From contig JAVKOQ020000083.1 of the NCBI GenBank assembly GCA_031835245.2, positions 62,001 to 126,000 of the forward strand: a stretch of 64,000 nucleotides of DNA. The letters run 5' to 3'. This document shows positions 10,574 to 26,700 of this stretch, one piece after another; position 1 is the stretch's first letter, and every line of letters begins with the position of its first letter. The position numbers and the translations under genes are program-made. Source of the DNA: Balamuthia mandrillaris (Eukaryota). The notes beneath the pieces are model-generated. The model was not told where the DNA came from. It saw only the letters and a list, made by a program, of their open reading frames with translations, and did not search any database.

Positions 10574-11986
10574 TTAACATCGCAAACCACGTATGCAATA
10601 AAAACGAGAGAAGAAAAGAAGAGAGTGACGTACCAACGCCTGCTGCTGTTGTTCGATGGCAAGTAGCTTGGCGTGTTTCCGAGCAAGGTAAGCCTGCCGC
10701 CATTTCGGCACGTGGGCAATGAGACTGATGACAACCTCTATGAAGATGAGCCCGATGATGATCCACTCGAGGCGGTGGCTCTGGAACTTGTCCTTCTCGG
10801 ACTGCATGGTGTCGTAGATGCGGTTGAGCACCTCGAGCTGCTTCTCGAGGACGCGGAGGCGGCCCTGTAGGTCCAGGTAGCGACAAAACTGGCCCCATAT
10901 CATCTCCTGGCGGTCAAAGTCCCAAAAGATGTCGGGATGGAAGCTGAACTCGGCGTTGTTGATGTTGATGGTCATGAGGCCGACGAGGATGTTGCCCATG
11001 GTGCGGCCGACTTGGAGGGGCGGCATGACGGCCTTGCCGTGGGTGGCCAGCTCGTGGGGAAACTGCTGGGAGGAGGACCAGCTCTCCTCCAGCGTGGACT
11101 CGAAGAGGCCCAGCTTGACGCTCTGCCCGAGGGCGTAGGCCACGGGCAGCTTGACCTCCAGGCGGTCGCTCTCGAGGGTGATGGTGTCGCCAGAGGGTCC
11201 ACCCACGCCCGTCTTGTCCCCGTAGGTGAACTCGAACTCCTCCTCGTCGGGCGTTAAGTAGCGGGAGGGTCCCAGGCGGTACTCCGCCACACGCTCCAGG
11301 AAGCGGCTGTAGGCCTCCGAGGTGATGCCCCACGTCACGAAGCTGCCAAAGTTGAAGACGAAGATCTCCTCCCCAGCCCCGTTCTTCAGCTGCAACACGT
11401 TGCGGTGCGTGAAGCCCACCTTGAAGTCCAGGAAGGGCTCCTCCTGCAGGCTGCGCTGCAGGCTCTTCAGCGCGTAGCTCTGCGCCGTGCAGATGGCGAT
11501 GCATTTCTGCGGCATGAACTTGAACTTTTCATCCTGGTTCAGCTCGAAGCCCAGGGACTCCTCGAACTCTTGCTCCGCCTTGTCCCGCGTCTCCATCGGA
11601 GGTACTGGCACGTTGTTGTTGTGGTTGCTGCTCACTTTGGCGCCTTCCACGGAAGAGTGTTGTTGTGAGTAGCGCCTGACCGGTGAAGAGCGGCGGGGAG
11701 GTAAGAGGGGCAGCGTGCGAGATAAAGCGGGTGGTTGGTTGGCAGAGATGAAGAGAGGTTGGTGATGGAGGTTGCGCCGAGCAAAAGAGGGCAGAAGCAG
11801 CAAGCCCGTTCGGTTTGAGGACGAAAAGGATGAAAAAGCGGAGAAGAAAGAGAGTCGAACATTGTGGGATGTCCGTCTTACGGACCCACCACAAGGCCAC
11901 CAGTGCTGCTGGACCTTTGCGAAAAAACTTGGCGACGGCCGCCTCAGCGCCGAGGCCGACTCTGCAGCAGCCGGAACAAAGCTCAT
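10574..11986 (-). CDS. RMND1: RMND1/RMD1/Sif2 (DUF155) family protein with mitochondrial-type presequence
   Basis: CIAICTAQSY, IFVFNFGSFVTWG, YALGQSVKLGLFE, PDIFWD, YLDLQGRLRVL, SHRLEWIIIGLIFIEV. Likely start MSFVPAA at 11986; a small last exon probably lies below 10574. Confidence 0.85.
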   Translation of the reverse strand: MSFVPAAAESASALRRPSPSFFAKVQQHWWPCGGSVRRTSHNVRLSFFSAFSSFSSSNRTGLLLLPSFARRNLHHQPLFISANQPPALSRTLPLLPPRRSSPVRRYSQQHSSVEGAKVSSNHNNNVPVPPMETRDKAEQEFEESLGFELNQDEKFKFMPQKCIAICTAQSYALKSLQRSLQEEPFLDFKVGFTHRNVLQLKNGAGEEIFVFNFGSFVTWGITSEAYSRFLERVAEYRLGPSRYLTPDEEEFEFTYGDKTGVGGPSGDTITLESDRLEVKLPVAYALGQSVKLGLFESTLEESWSSSQQFPHELATHGKAVMPPLQVGRTMGNILVGLMTININNAEFSFHPDIFWDFDRQEMIWGQFCRYLDLQGRLRVLEKQLEVLNRIYDTMQSEKDKFQSHRLEWIIIGLIFIEVVISLIAHVPKWRQAYLARKHAKLLAIEQQQQALVRHSLLFFSRFYCIRGLRC

Positions 11987-12165
11987 CCCCGCTCTCCCGT
12001 GGTCTCCTCTCCCGCTACTTTTTTTTTTGGTTTGGCAGAGGGGAATGGCAAGAATGTTTGGAATGTTTTCTTCGAAAAATGAATTTTTTTTGCACAAATA
12101 TCAAAAAAAATTTGGTGGTGGTCGGAGGATCAGCAAAAGGGACAGTCAGGCGGCAAGTCGGTCCT

Positions 12166-14893
<2,728 letters not shown>

Positions 14894-15853
14894 CTTTTAT
14901 TTTCCTTTTAATTGATTATTGTTAATTTTTGGTGAGGTGTTTGCTTCTCCACTCACCAAAGCTGATGCATTTAAAAAGCTGAGTGTGTGCTGCTTACTTT
15001 TTCCACAATAGAAGTCCTTCTCATCTACAATAGTTGGCTTGGCTATTGGGCAACAAGTACAGCCAACACAACAAGATGGAGATAATATATCTTGGGCTTT
15101 CACAACAACATTTCCTTTGGATGCTTTACTTTCTTGGGTTTATCCAACAGATGATCAAGCAAGTGCAGTGCTTCAAGTTGACTGAAAAACATTCCCGTTG
15201 AAACAGGCCCTCTCTCATCTTCGTGCAAGCCAAGCAGACCACGATAAGCTCTTGGTCAAGCAGGCTAGTGATGCTTCCTCTTTGTCTGACCACATCAACC
15301 ATCTTGATCAGAAGTGGGAAACTTTTGCAGACTTGCTCTCTAATGACATCAAAGAAGATAGGAAAAAGAATGATGCAGCTCTTGCGGCCCTTAAGGATTC
15401 AATCTCTCAATTACAAGATCTACTAAAGGCCCAACTTGCAGATAATAGATGGAAGGACAATGGTTGTGGCTCTGGGTCTAGCTCTTCGTTGTCTAACGAA
15501 GAGGAGGAAGAAGAGGAGAAGGAGAAGAGAAAACCTATGCTCAATCTAACAGCACGCCATCAAGACTTACAACAATGTACTGCCAAACACAACACTGGTG
15601 ACAGCTTGGGTGATGTTCGGCGATGCAGAGTCTGCTTACTGCAGAAACGCTGCCAACCTTCCATGGCAAGCCAAGCGAGGATCCAAACATCTTTTTGACC
15701 TTGTTTGACTGCTGTTGGCGGGATTAGAGCTTAATGAGAGCCCTAAATAAGACTTTCAGGTTCGTTCAGTACTACCAAGCCACTCAGAGATTAATGTATC
15801 CCAACTATGAAGATGTTGCCTATTTTCAATAATAGACCTGAGGGAACGAAGGT

Positions 15854-16398
15854 TTATTTGCGAGTCAAAGGAAAAAAACATAAATCAATGTTTACAATAC
15901 AAACAATAAGGGTAAAGCATGAAGAATGAAACTCTAATGAGTGACGCCAAGTGGTATGTAAGTGGTTGAAAACTTTTAGACGACGAATCGCCCTCTCCAC
16001 TTCCACTCGTTCTGCTCCCAACAGCCGGTTAAACACTTGAGCCAACTCGCCCAAGCTTTGTCCTCGCTCTCTCTTGATGGGAGTAAAAAAACTTGGCTCG
16101 CCTCAGTAAGCAAGGTCGCCTAAAAGGATCTCACGAATGGAAAGGTAATTGAGAACGCCTTGACGAGCAATTGTGAGGTCATGTACTGAACCTGGAAAAG
16201 GGCCGTTGACCCAGGAAAAGAGCTCCGTCGCCAAGTCCCACACGAGTTCGTATTTGACTGTGTGCTGCTTTTTTTTGCCAGAATAAAATGTACGTTGAGT
16301 GTTGGCATTCATAGAACGCTGAACAGGACACTCTGTAGTGTCTATGATGCCTGTGACTAAAGGTCGGTGGAGAACTTGGCCGTGACACCGATCAAAGT
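15854..16398 (-). pseudogene. PIF/Harbinger-ISL2EU type transposase (DDE_Tnp_4), truncated, internal stop at ~16103
   Basis: GIIDTTECPVQR, YSGKKKQHTVKYE, GPFPGSVHD, LLGDLAY*GE, FNRLLGAERVEVERAIRRLKVF. Confidence 0.85.
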
Positions 16399-17891
16399 GC
16401 TTTACAAGCAAAAAAAAAAAAAAAATGAAAAAAAATGAAAAAGAAAAAACAAGAAAAAAGATTAGAGCAAGGAAAGAAGAATGACAGTAAAGAGAAAAAG
16501 AAAAGAAGAAAGAAAAAAATGGAGAAACAAGAAGAAGTACAACAACAAAAAGAAAGAGCAAAAGTGAAAAGGAGAGAGAGAAAGGGAGAGGAGGAGAGGG
16601 AAGGGGAAGTAATAAAAAACCTTGAACATAGTGACGAGTGGTTCCAATAATGCTTCAACGACATGATGAACCCAAAATCGAAATGGAAAGAACTAGAAAA
16701 ACAGATGAAGCCAAAAAAAAAAGGTAATGGTAGTTGCTCTTTGCCTTTAAGTGCTCTTGCTAACAACTTTTGTTTACAAGCACCCCCACCCTCAACCTCC
16801 GTGATTAATGACCTTTTTGCGTTGAGAAACAACACAAGACGAACTGCTGAGCCTTTCTTAGTTCAGGAAGCAGAAGAAGCAATGGGCTTTTCTGAAGAGG
16901 AGGAAAAGGAAGAAGAAGAGGAAGAAGAAGAAGAACCGCCTGAGCCACAATACTAAAAGGTGGCTGTACAGCAACCAAACAACACTCATCACACTTCACC
17001 AACACAAAGGCTCAAGCGCAAACGCCTTTCTTCTTCATCACCACTACCACATCAACTCACTCCATCACCACAACAAGACATCTGGTTTTGGCGTGCTCAG
17101 ATGACTGATGCTGTGGTCTTGGTTCTGCGAAATCTTCCAGGCTACCGGGCGGAAGTAAAATGAGATGAAACCGACCAAAACAAAATATGGGTGATCATCA
17201 AAAGGCTTCCATTGTTGGAAGTTGAACTGCAGGCCATATTTTCTGCGATGCAACTGCATGGTGTTGGGCAAGATGCATGGCGGTCAGCGAACCAAGCTAA
17301 GACCTTTCAATTTCCTCTTATATTTTCAAATAGGTTAGAATGGTCATCTACATGGCATATGATAGAGAAAGGAGGATTTTATTTTTGGACCATTCCCTTT
17401 CAACTTGATAACAATGAAGAAGAAAGTGTGCAAGTGTTTTAAATAAAATAAAAACACATTTAAAGTGAGTAGAATAAACTCTCGTTCCCTCAGGTCTAAT
17501 TATTGCAGTAGAAAGAATAAAAAATTTACTAACTTTGTGGGTCATGAATTTGCTATGTTCATATTTGTGGCTTGTGAGGTATTTTGTGGTTTGTGTGGTT
17601 TGTAATTTTAGAAAAAGGTACACCATTTCTTCAGTTTTGTAGCAACCAATTGGAGTTTATAAAAAAACTCCACACCAATAAAAACGTGCCAACAAATACT
17701 ACAAACTGAGCCACAAACTACATGATTCTTGAATTTGTGGTTTGTAGTTTTGTTTGTGGTTTGTTTGTGGTTTGTGATTTTGCTATGTTTCTTTTTGGTT
17801 TTTTGATAATAATCACAATTGTAACGATAATTTTATTTTTTGCCTTTTTTTTGTTGACTTATTACTTCCAAGCCAACAAGCCTTTGTTACT

Positions 17892-18115
17892 ATGGAGAAA
17901 AAGACGAAAAAAGAAACAAAGGCAACACCACCAAGAAAAACAAAAAAAACGTGGAACAACAATGAAGTGGAGAAGCTACTTGCAGGCTTAGAAGCAAACA
18001 AATCTTATGAAGAGTTAGCAGCTGAACTTCAGGTAACTCCAGCACAAGTTTGCTCAAAAGTCTCTAGTATTCAAAAACAACAAAAAATGCACAATATTCC
18101 ATCTCAAAAAGAACG
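17892..18115 (+). CDS. Myb/SANT-like helix-turn-helix fragment, possible Harbinger accessory ORF
   Basis: KTWNNNEVEKLLAGLEANKSYEELAAELQVTPAQVCSKV; lies 1.5 kb from the Harbinger transposase. Confidence 0.5.
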
Positions 18116-18361
18116 TAAAATTATTAATCTCTCTTCTCCTTCATTGTTTTTTCTATTTTCCTTTCACTTTCTTTCTTTTTTAAAAGACTTACTTTTATGC
18201 TTGTTGTTGGTTGATTTAGTTACTATTCTTTCAAGAGAAGGAAAATCACCATGAAAGCGACACTGTGTTGTAGATGAAGCAGGTGAGGATGAGGAAAGTG
18301 AGGAAGAGGAAACAGAAAACGAGTGGGAAGAACCTGTTTATACGTGTGTACCATTGCAATA

Positions 18362-18482
18362 TGTTGGAAAACCAACAATTCGCATCATTGTGACTTCCTG
18401 TCGACACTCTCCCTGGATACCCCAAATTCTCTCACCCCTTTTTATTTTCCCTTTTTCCTTACAACACATTCAAAGCACACAC
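18362..18482 (+). repeat. Partial LTR, family B
   Basis: Matches the first ~120 bp of 53837-54047. Confidence 0.8.
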
Positions 18483-19237
18483 CACCAAATAAAAAGTTAT
18501 AAAATATAATTATGATGCTTTTAAAAGTTAATTTTTTACAAAACACTTTAAACTAAGGGAGATCCTGAAAAGAATAAATGGAAATATTAGTATAAAACTT
18601 AAAAAAAAGAAAAGTCTAAAAAAAAGAGTGAACTGCATAAACAATGATGAAAAGCTTATTTCAGAACTTACCTTGTATTGGGTAGTAAGGGTACTATCTG
18701 ACTTTAATCCAGACCTGTCTACAAATAATCTTGCACAACCTTCTCCATGAAATTCTGTCCAAATCACATCCCCTGGGCTCATACTCACTCATTAGGGAAA
18801 TTTTCCTTTCATTTCACTTTTTGTTTTTGTTGATGGAGACTGTTGTCTTTCTGACTCCTCCAGCAGAAATTGGTATTCTCTTCTCCTTTCTTTCTCCTCT
18901 CTCATCTCTGGCAGCTATATCTACTGGACATAACAAAAGCTGAGAAAGACCCAACTGCTGGAAATGGAACATGTACTAGGGTCTGTCTTTTAAAAACCCC
19001 AAAGGTGTTGGACATGAGACCTACTACCACAGGGGACCTTGGCATCAAGTCCAATGACCAAGTCAACAAGAACTAAGGATGGATCAGCTACCCTTTCATT
19101 GGCTGCAAGGACAACAACAAAGCAAATTTTCCAAAAGTAGAGCATTGCTTGGACCTCCTCTATACTACGTCTCAGCCTCTTGGCTTTCTCTTGCTTCTTA
19201 GTATAAGTGAGGGTCCTAGTGATGGCAGGAGCTATTT

Positions 19238-19443
19238 CATTGGTAAAATCACTGACACTTATCTGAAGACTCCTCATGTAACAATGTTATATCCCTTCAT
19301 CAGTCTTTTTTCTTTTCCCTTTCTCCTAGTGTACTTTGAAGCAACATCAGAGATTCACTTTCCTTGGCCTTTCTCTATTCTCTTGAATACACTTCTTGTC
19401 TCATCATAAACTCTTTTATTTCTATAGTTGGATGCAACCAATA
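19238..19443 (+). repeat. Degenerate solo LTR, family A
   Basis: Homologous to 37004-37238 with an internal deletion. Confidence 0.8.
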
Positions 19444-20700
19444 AGTTTTCTGGAGTTGATATAAATGATGTTTCTACAATAGAGCTAGACTTCTTAAACT
19501 ATCTTTAGTTCTGTAGGTCTATGGTAAGGCAAATAGGGAAACTTTGCTTCAAAAAGAATTAAATATAATTTTTTTGTGAATATTTTGATTAAAGAAAAAA
19601 TAATTTCCAATAAGGGGTGCCCTTTTTTGTTTAGAATGTGTAAATATAAGTAAAAGTAGAAACAAGGCAAGCAATGTGGCAACAGAAATGGTTGGTCCAT
19701 ATCACAGATTTCAACAAGAGAAGGGCAAATAAAGAGGCAATGGAGCTATTATATTGAACAGGCATTATTACAAATTTTGTACTCAAAGAGAACCATTACA
19801 TTGCTTTCTCATAATACCAATCCCTATCTTTCCTTGTTTATATGTTTCTTTCTTTCATTTTATTAAAGGTTTTTTTCCTTTGCCCATTGAGTTGGTGTCT
19901 ATTAGGTTGTTTTCCTACTGGCCTTATCACAATTATTTACATTTTGTTAAATAAATGCAACTACTTAACAAATTGAAATAACCAATAAAATAACAAATGA
20001 ATTCAAACAAAAACAATAGAAGCATGTATTTAAAATGACTATAATAAGGCTGATAAAGAAACAACCTAACTGACACCAACTTGAAGAATGAAGCAAAAGA
20101 CCTTTATTAAAATGAAAGAAAGCATAAAAAAAAGGAGGATCTATACTAATAATCAAAAAGCTGCTTTTCTGTGTGTTGATTGTTTGTGAAGAACAGATTT
20201 TAATAATCTTATAAGGTCTTCCTTTTCAACTACATCAAAGTTTCTTAAACTCACCCATTGACATCATCTTGAAGTGAATGAGTACCAAGTTGCTAACCTT
20301 AGACTCTTCCTTTAGTTTTCTATGTTACTTCTAAATCTTTTTTTGCATTGCAGGAAGCAACATTAAATGTATCCTTCTTTCTTGCTTCCATCAACACATT
20401 TCTTTTCTAAATACTTTCTCATTCTTGACTTGTATTTAAAGTGTTTGTGAAATGTAACTTATTCTAGAAAAAACGAAGAAAACAAGAAGGAATCTCTGTC
20501 ATTGCTTGAAAGTACACCAAGAGAAAGGGAAAACGTGAAAAGGAAAGAAAGGAAAATGTAAGCACAGGTGCTGAGTAGTCATAACACCTGTGAAAGAAAA
20601 GAGCTGTTGAAAGAAAGGTTAGAACCAACGACTAGTATGGGTTTCATCCCATGAAGTCTTGTTGTTATCAAAGAGGTGTTGGCTTTGTGTTATCAACATT

Positions 20701-21250
20701 TGTTAAAAGTATACAGATTGAAAGAAAAACAAAATGATTTGTTGAAAGTGAAAAACAAAAAGATGAGGAAAGACAATGATTTAAAGGAAGTGTGCACATA
20801 TGCACAAATCAAAGAATAACAAAAAGATGGAGAAGAGAAAATGATTTGTTGGAAGTGTGCATGCATGTGTAGATTGAAAAAAAAAGATGGGGAAGAGAAA
20901 ATGATTTATTAGATTTGTTAGAAGTGCGCACACATGCACAGATTGAAGATGGAAGAGAAAATGATTTGTTAGAAATGTACACAAGTGTACAGAGTGAAGA
21001 TGAGGAGAGAAAATGATTTATAACAAGTGCTCACAAGTGCACAAACTGAAGCAATGAGGATAAAAAGATTTATAGGAAGTAAGCACACATGTGCAGATTG
21101 AAGAAAAACGAAAAAATGGAGAAGAGAAAATGATTTGAGGAAGTGTGTACACAAGCACAGATTGAAGAAAAACAAAAAGATGGCGGAGAGAAATGATTTA
21201 TAGGAAGTGCGCACACATGTACAGATTGAAGAAAAACGAAAGTGCATATA
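20701..21250. repeat. ~60-bp imperfect tandem repeat (minisatellite); inverted copy at ~58810-59410
   Basis: Unit approx. AAGTGTGCACACATGCACAGATTGAAGAAAAACAAAAAGATGGGGAAGAGAAAATGATTT. Confidence 0.85.
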
Positions 21251-21643
21251 TATAGCTTGCAGATAAAGATTACCTCACCAACTTGAAGTTTGCAGCAGGC
21301 AGCAGACAACTGAAGCATGTTTCCTGTTTTCTTCTTTCCTTTCTTTTCTTTCCTTACCTCCTTTTTTCTTCTGTTTATGTCGACAAAAATCCAACTGGAC
21401 ACTGTAGCAATCTGCCAATCCTTTATTTCTTTATGATGGCATTCATCAGTGAGCTTCATGACTATGACACTGATGGTGGTACCAGCACTCCTCATTCTTC
21501 TTATAGTTTGTGTTCTTTTCTCTTTTTTCTCTGTTTCTCTTTCTCATTTTTTCTTTTTCTCTCTCTTATTTTCTTGCTCTTGCCATATTCTCTCCTATAT
21601 CTCAAGCATTTACTATGTTTTCCCTGCGCATGACCAGGAGGAG

Positions 21644-21995
21644 TGTTGTAAAATAAGAATGGGAATGATGGCGGAGACAAAGTAAGTACGAGACCCAAAC
21701 TTAATTTACTAAAAGTGAAGAGTACAAGTGATAGTAAAGTATCTTGTGTTTTGTTGTAAGTTGTCCCGAGAGGAAAAAGAAGAAGAAGCAAGGAGAGGCA
21801 GTATTTAAGCTAGAACAATTATCCAAAAAAGAAGAACAGAGAATATCAGCATAAAAGGGCAGAGAGAGAAAACAACAAAAAAGGAGAAGTTCAAGAAAGG
21901 AGAAGTTGGACACCGAGAGGTTTCCTCAGGTCAACAGGCATGAGGGAGAGGTCGACAGGAAGAGAAGAAGGGCTATTTTTTGGAGTTTTCCAACA
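21644..21995 (-). mobile_element. Solo LTR, family E, with 4-bp TSD GGAG
   Basis: TG..CA termini with GGAG on both sides; the empty site is seen in the paralogous segment at ~58390-58410. Confidence 0.8.
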
Positions 21996-22887
21996 GGAGG
22001 TCAGCAGTGGTAAGAGAGCATGAGCACACTCTGGTACAAGGACCTGCCCTGAGGAAGCAAAGGGCCTACTGTAGAGTCTCTAAGGGCCTTGCTACCAGAA
22101 AGGAAAGGGTAGGAGAAGGGTCCGGGATAAATCCAACATGAGGAGTTTTGAGATAAGTGTTGGTGATTTTACCAACAACAAGTTAAGTATTATCCCTTTT
22201 GATAATATTTGTGTATAAAACAATGGTCAAGGCTTTTATGTATAACACTGAGCTGGGCCAAAATGCTAGTTTTTATAACATTTTCTAGGATGCAAATTGT
22301 AAAACCTTCAAAGATAATACTACCAGTGTAGTTCCCTTCAGCAGTTTTTCACTGGGATGTTGGATAGAATCAGAAGTCCTGGTCTGTGTTGTACTAGTTG
22401 ATAGAGTCACTGCACTTAAAAAAATGTAGGTCACTGCTTTTCTCCTGGTGGAACCACTTTAGCTATCAACACCCTCAGCTCTCCTTTCTTTTGTATCTCC
22501 TATCCTTCCTTTCCTTTTTTTGTTTAGAATGTATTTATTATTCTTGAGTTTTTATTACTCTCATCAACAGGAAATAAGGACACCAGTTGATATCTGGTCA
22601 TTTGACAACAGTTACTATAGTTTTTAGCAAGTTTGATGTCAAAAAACAGATGTCAACTGATATAACCAAACTTACTTTCATATAGTAAGGAGGACCTCTT
22701 CTATTTACCATTTTCTATCAACGAGATAGATATATTAAAAATAATTTTGAATTTATTTCCTTTTCTACCTCTTTTTCTTGCTAAGCAAAGATGGCACTTT
22801 TCCCACAATGTAGGTAACAAGATGTCCTATTGGAAATGATTAGTTTCATGATGTTCTTATGTGGAAGAATTTTGTCCTTAAAAAGAT

Positions 22888-23092
22888 TGTTGATAGGGAA
22901 TAACCCTGTGGATCAAGAAAGGGATGGCATATAAGCAACTCTGGGTTTAGTTACATAAAAAAAGGTCCAAAGTGTATACATTGAATGTATCACAAAAAAA
23001 AGGGGAAAATAAAAAGGGCAAGAAAATTTGGAGGTATCCAGGGAAAGTGTCGACAGGAAGTCATAATGAGAGAAATAGTTGATTTTCTAACA
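22888..23092 (-). repeat. Degenerate solo LTR, family B
   Basis: Reverse-complement homolog of 53837-54047. Confidence 0.8.
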
Positions 23093-23781
23093 GATAGTTG
23101 TACATACTGTAACACTATAGTAGAAAACAGTGTTTTAACCAAAAAATCAAGATAACATAGCCTTATCACTACAATGTCATTAGGGAAAAGCTTGGCTAAT
23201 GCTCAGCTAACATCAACCAATCATTGATATCTGTATACCTCTGCTGAACTCCAACTTTACTAATCTACATTATGGATTCCTAGTGGTGTTTATTTATTTT
23301 TTCTTACTTTAATTTTTTTATTTTAGCAACTATCAACATACACAACCAACAAGTAGATTCATTTCTCATTCTGTCTTAGCTTTTATCAGCACCTAGCTCA
23401 TGTTTGCTTCTTGTTATTTCTCATAGTTCTTTCTCATGAAATTAGGAACTTTCTTGTTTTCCTTTTGACACATGTTTGGATCTTTCTCATTTCTTTTCTT
23501 TTATCTTTTCCATATTTTTCTCTTGAAACAAGGAACACAGAGCAGGAACATATACATACACACACTTTGTTATGACACTTTCCTCCATTAAAGCCTATTT
23601 CTAGTCTTATTTATTTGCATACATTCTTTTATTATTCGTTTAAGTTAACAATTAGAGCTCTTTGAACTGATAATAACAAAATTAAATGTTAGTATAGTTT
23701 TTATATTGTAGAATAACAACTTTTTCAGAGATACCAGTGTCTATGCAAGTTAAGCCAACCTTCAGTCTGTAATAACAAGCA

Positions 23782-26700
23782 ATCCCTATGCACATGCATA
23801 TCACTCAATCTATGGGACCACAGTCATCACTAATGGCAAGCACATCTTATGCTGTCTTTATTCATAAGCATTCCACTCTCTACTCCACCAAGTCCTGGCC
23901 CTTTCACCATGCAAAGAAGCTGATAGAAGTGTGCTCCCTCCTCAGGAGCCTTCATTACACTCAATAAAGGCACCTACAGGCGTATACACATTGGCCTAAC
24001 CACAATGAACCTATGCATCTCCAGAATTCTGCACTGCAGAATCATAGATTCCCATGGACATCCTCATCACTCGCTCTATGGGACCACAGACATCACTAAC
24101 TGCAAGCAAATGCAGAAGGTGAGTCTCACAGACCCATCCACTTGCTCATGTTGGCTGACACTGCTGCACTGCCCATAGATATACTAACACCACTTCCAAC
24201 CGCCAGCCACCCATTGCCTGTATGACTGGTAGCTGAACACCTGCAGCCGCCATTGCCATTGCTCCCTCAATCTGGAGGCTGTGAGTGCCAAACAGGCCCT
24301 TTTAACTTGTCAGCTCTGTCATTCGTCATATGATCGCATGTACATCATCAGTAGTTAGACGTTCTTTTGTCGAGGGGGAGCACCTGGGCCTCTGTTCTAC
24401 AAGCGAGGAGGAAAACGTCTAACTACTGATGATGTACATGCGATCATCTTCCCAGGTAGTCCTGCAACACATGCAGGAGGGACATAAGAGGATTGTCCAT
24501 CTCTTCTAGCGGCACCACATCCTTCTTCTCCTCCTTTTGCACCTTGGACTCGTTAAAGCCAATTCAGACCCACTTCTGTTCATCATCAAACACCAGGTCC
24601 GTAGTGTTGAGGTCCTTTAAGTCTTTCCCTCTGGCCATCATCCATAATTTAACCACTACAATAGCTGCATCTCGGTGCCACTTGAAAGTAGTGACCTCCT
24701 CTGGCTTTTTCAAGCACCACCTCCTCAAGATCTCCACCAGGAAGGGATGCTGCTCCCTCATGAAGCCTGTCGCCCTCACATGCTCCCGTTTCATGCCTCA
24801 GACAAGCAACCATACCCTCTGAGACAAGCATAGATTGGTCCATCCACAGTCCAGATGAAGCTGAGAAAGCACAGAACACGCCTTTCTGGCAGAGCCACCT
24901 CTCCCTGAGAGGAATACCAGATCCTCTGTGGCTGGGAGAGGCGCAGCCACCCCTGCTTCTCTGGCAAATGACTGGTACTCCACAATCCACCACTTGTATA
25001 CCGCCCAGGTGCCAGGCGTGCATGCTTCTTGAATGAGAGTGGTGCTCACACCGCTGAGGAACTCTTGTATCTGAGTCCCTCCAAACTCCTGTCTCTGCTC
25101 CCATTGAGCCTTATAATCCAAAACTTCCATGATGGATTCCCCCAGGGCTCCATGTAGCCAGATGGGCCTGGTAGGAACGCGTTGGCTGTGATCAGAAAGT
25201 GGTCCACCATCAAGGCTAGCAGCCTTAGCCCACCAGAACCTTCCAGGCCACACCAATATGACCATGGTAGCCAAAGCTCCATCCTCAGCAATGAGCCTCA
25301 GCACTTGCTCCAGCAGGCACCAGGGAGGCGCTGCCCAGTTGTTCTCTCCCCACCATTGTTGGGACAGTGCATCTACCCCCTCCGAACCGCTGTTGAACTG
25401 TTACATCTTCGTGTTCTCATTGCTGGCAAACCGGTCCACTGTGTGGGGTCCTCACTGTTGTTCTGCTTCCATAAACGAAGCATCGGAGACTGTCTAGTCT
25501 CCTGTATCTATCATTCTGCTTGCCCAGTCTGCCTGTACATTGTCCTCTGACCAAATGTACACCGGTTTGAGCAACAGTGAACTCCTTTCCAAACAGAAGG
25601 TCCACACCTGGCAAGCCACCTCGTTGAGCATCACCACCTTTCCTCCTGCCTTCTTGATATAGGCCAGGGTGACTTGATTGTCTATCAGCAGTCGCACCTG
25701 CTTGCCAGCCAGCAGCTGTTCCAAGGCCTAGAAGCCATACTGCACCACCAGCAATTCTTTGTGGTTGATGTGAAGCCTCTGCTCCTCCTTGGTGAAGCTT
25801 CCCCGAGCAGTATGGCTCCCACATACCACTCCCCACCCCTTGGTGGATGCATCCATGGCCACCATTACCTTCTCCAGCATCCACAGGGGCCAGCCATTCC
25901 ATCTATCGATGTTGTCCAGGAGCCAGCATGTATTCACCACCGTCCTGTCAGTCAGCTCCACCAGCTTGTTCCATGAACCTGCTGGCCTGGTCTTGGCACC
26001 CACCAGCCAGGACCATTCCATCAAGATATACTTTGCTATGCCAAACGCCTTTCACATGTTGACTATCTGTCCCACCAGTCATGCTAGCCACTGTGCAGAG
26101 ACAGACCCCCCTTGCTCCATTCATTGCACTAACTTTTTTGTCATCTTCTTGATACGTAGCACTTTTGAAGGCGATATGAAGCACATGACCTAGGATCTTC
26201 ACCCTCTGGGATGGCTCCCAGTGGCACTTGGAGTCCTCACACTCAAAGCCCAAGCGATGCAGGTCCTCCTTCATCCTGGCCACCATCTCTAGTGCTTCCT
26301 CCTGTGTTCTTGTTGCTGCAAAGAAATCATCCACATAAATGCCCACCACCATCCCGTTCCTCCTTCATCACATGATGACTGATTTCATTATCCGTGTGAA
26401 GATGTACAGCGATGTTGTGCAGCTGAATGTCAGGACGGTGTACTCATACCACCGCCCTCTCTACTGAAAGCCCTGGCATGGCTGTGCCTCCAGCATGACC
26501 CGGATGTGCTGGTACCCATCCTTCAAGTCCACTGTGACCACCCACCAGCCTTTGCCAATTGCTTGAATGAACTCCTTGAGCCTGTCATACTTCCCCCACA
26601 ATTTCCTCATGGCTGTATTCACTCATCGGTTTAAGCTGAAACCGCCATGGGCCTTTCTTCAGTGCCAACCTGACAGGGGAGAGGAACCTTGGGTGAAGGA

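Noticed and set aside
15198..15698. 166-aa coiled-coil ORF as a named gene
   Set aside because: No recognisable motif; sits at the island edge and may be TE-derived.
20701..21250. CRISPR-like array
   Set aside because: Contiguous degenerate tandem units without unique spacers; no cas genes; eukaryotic minisatellite.
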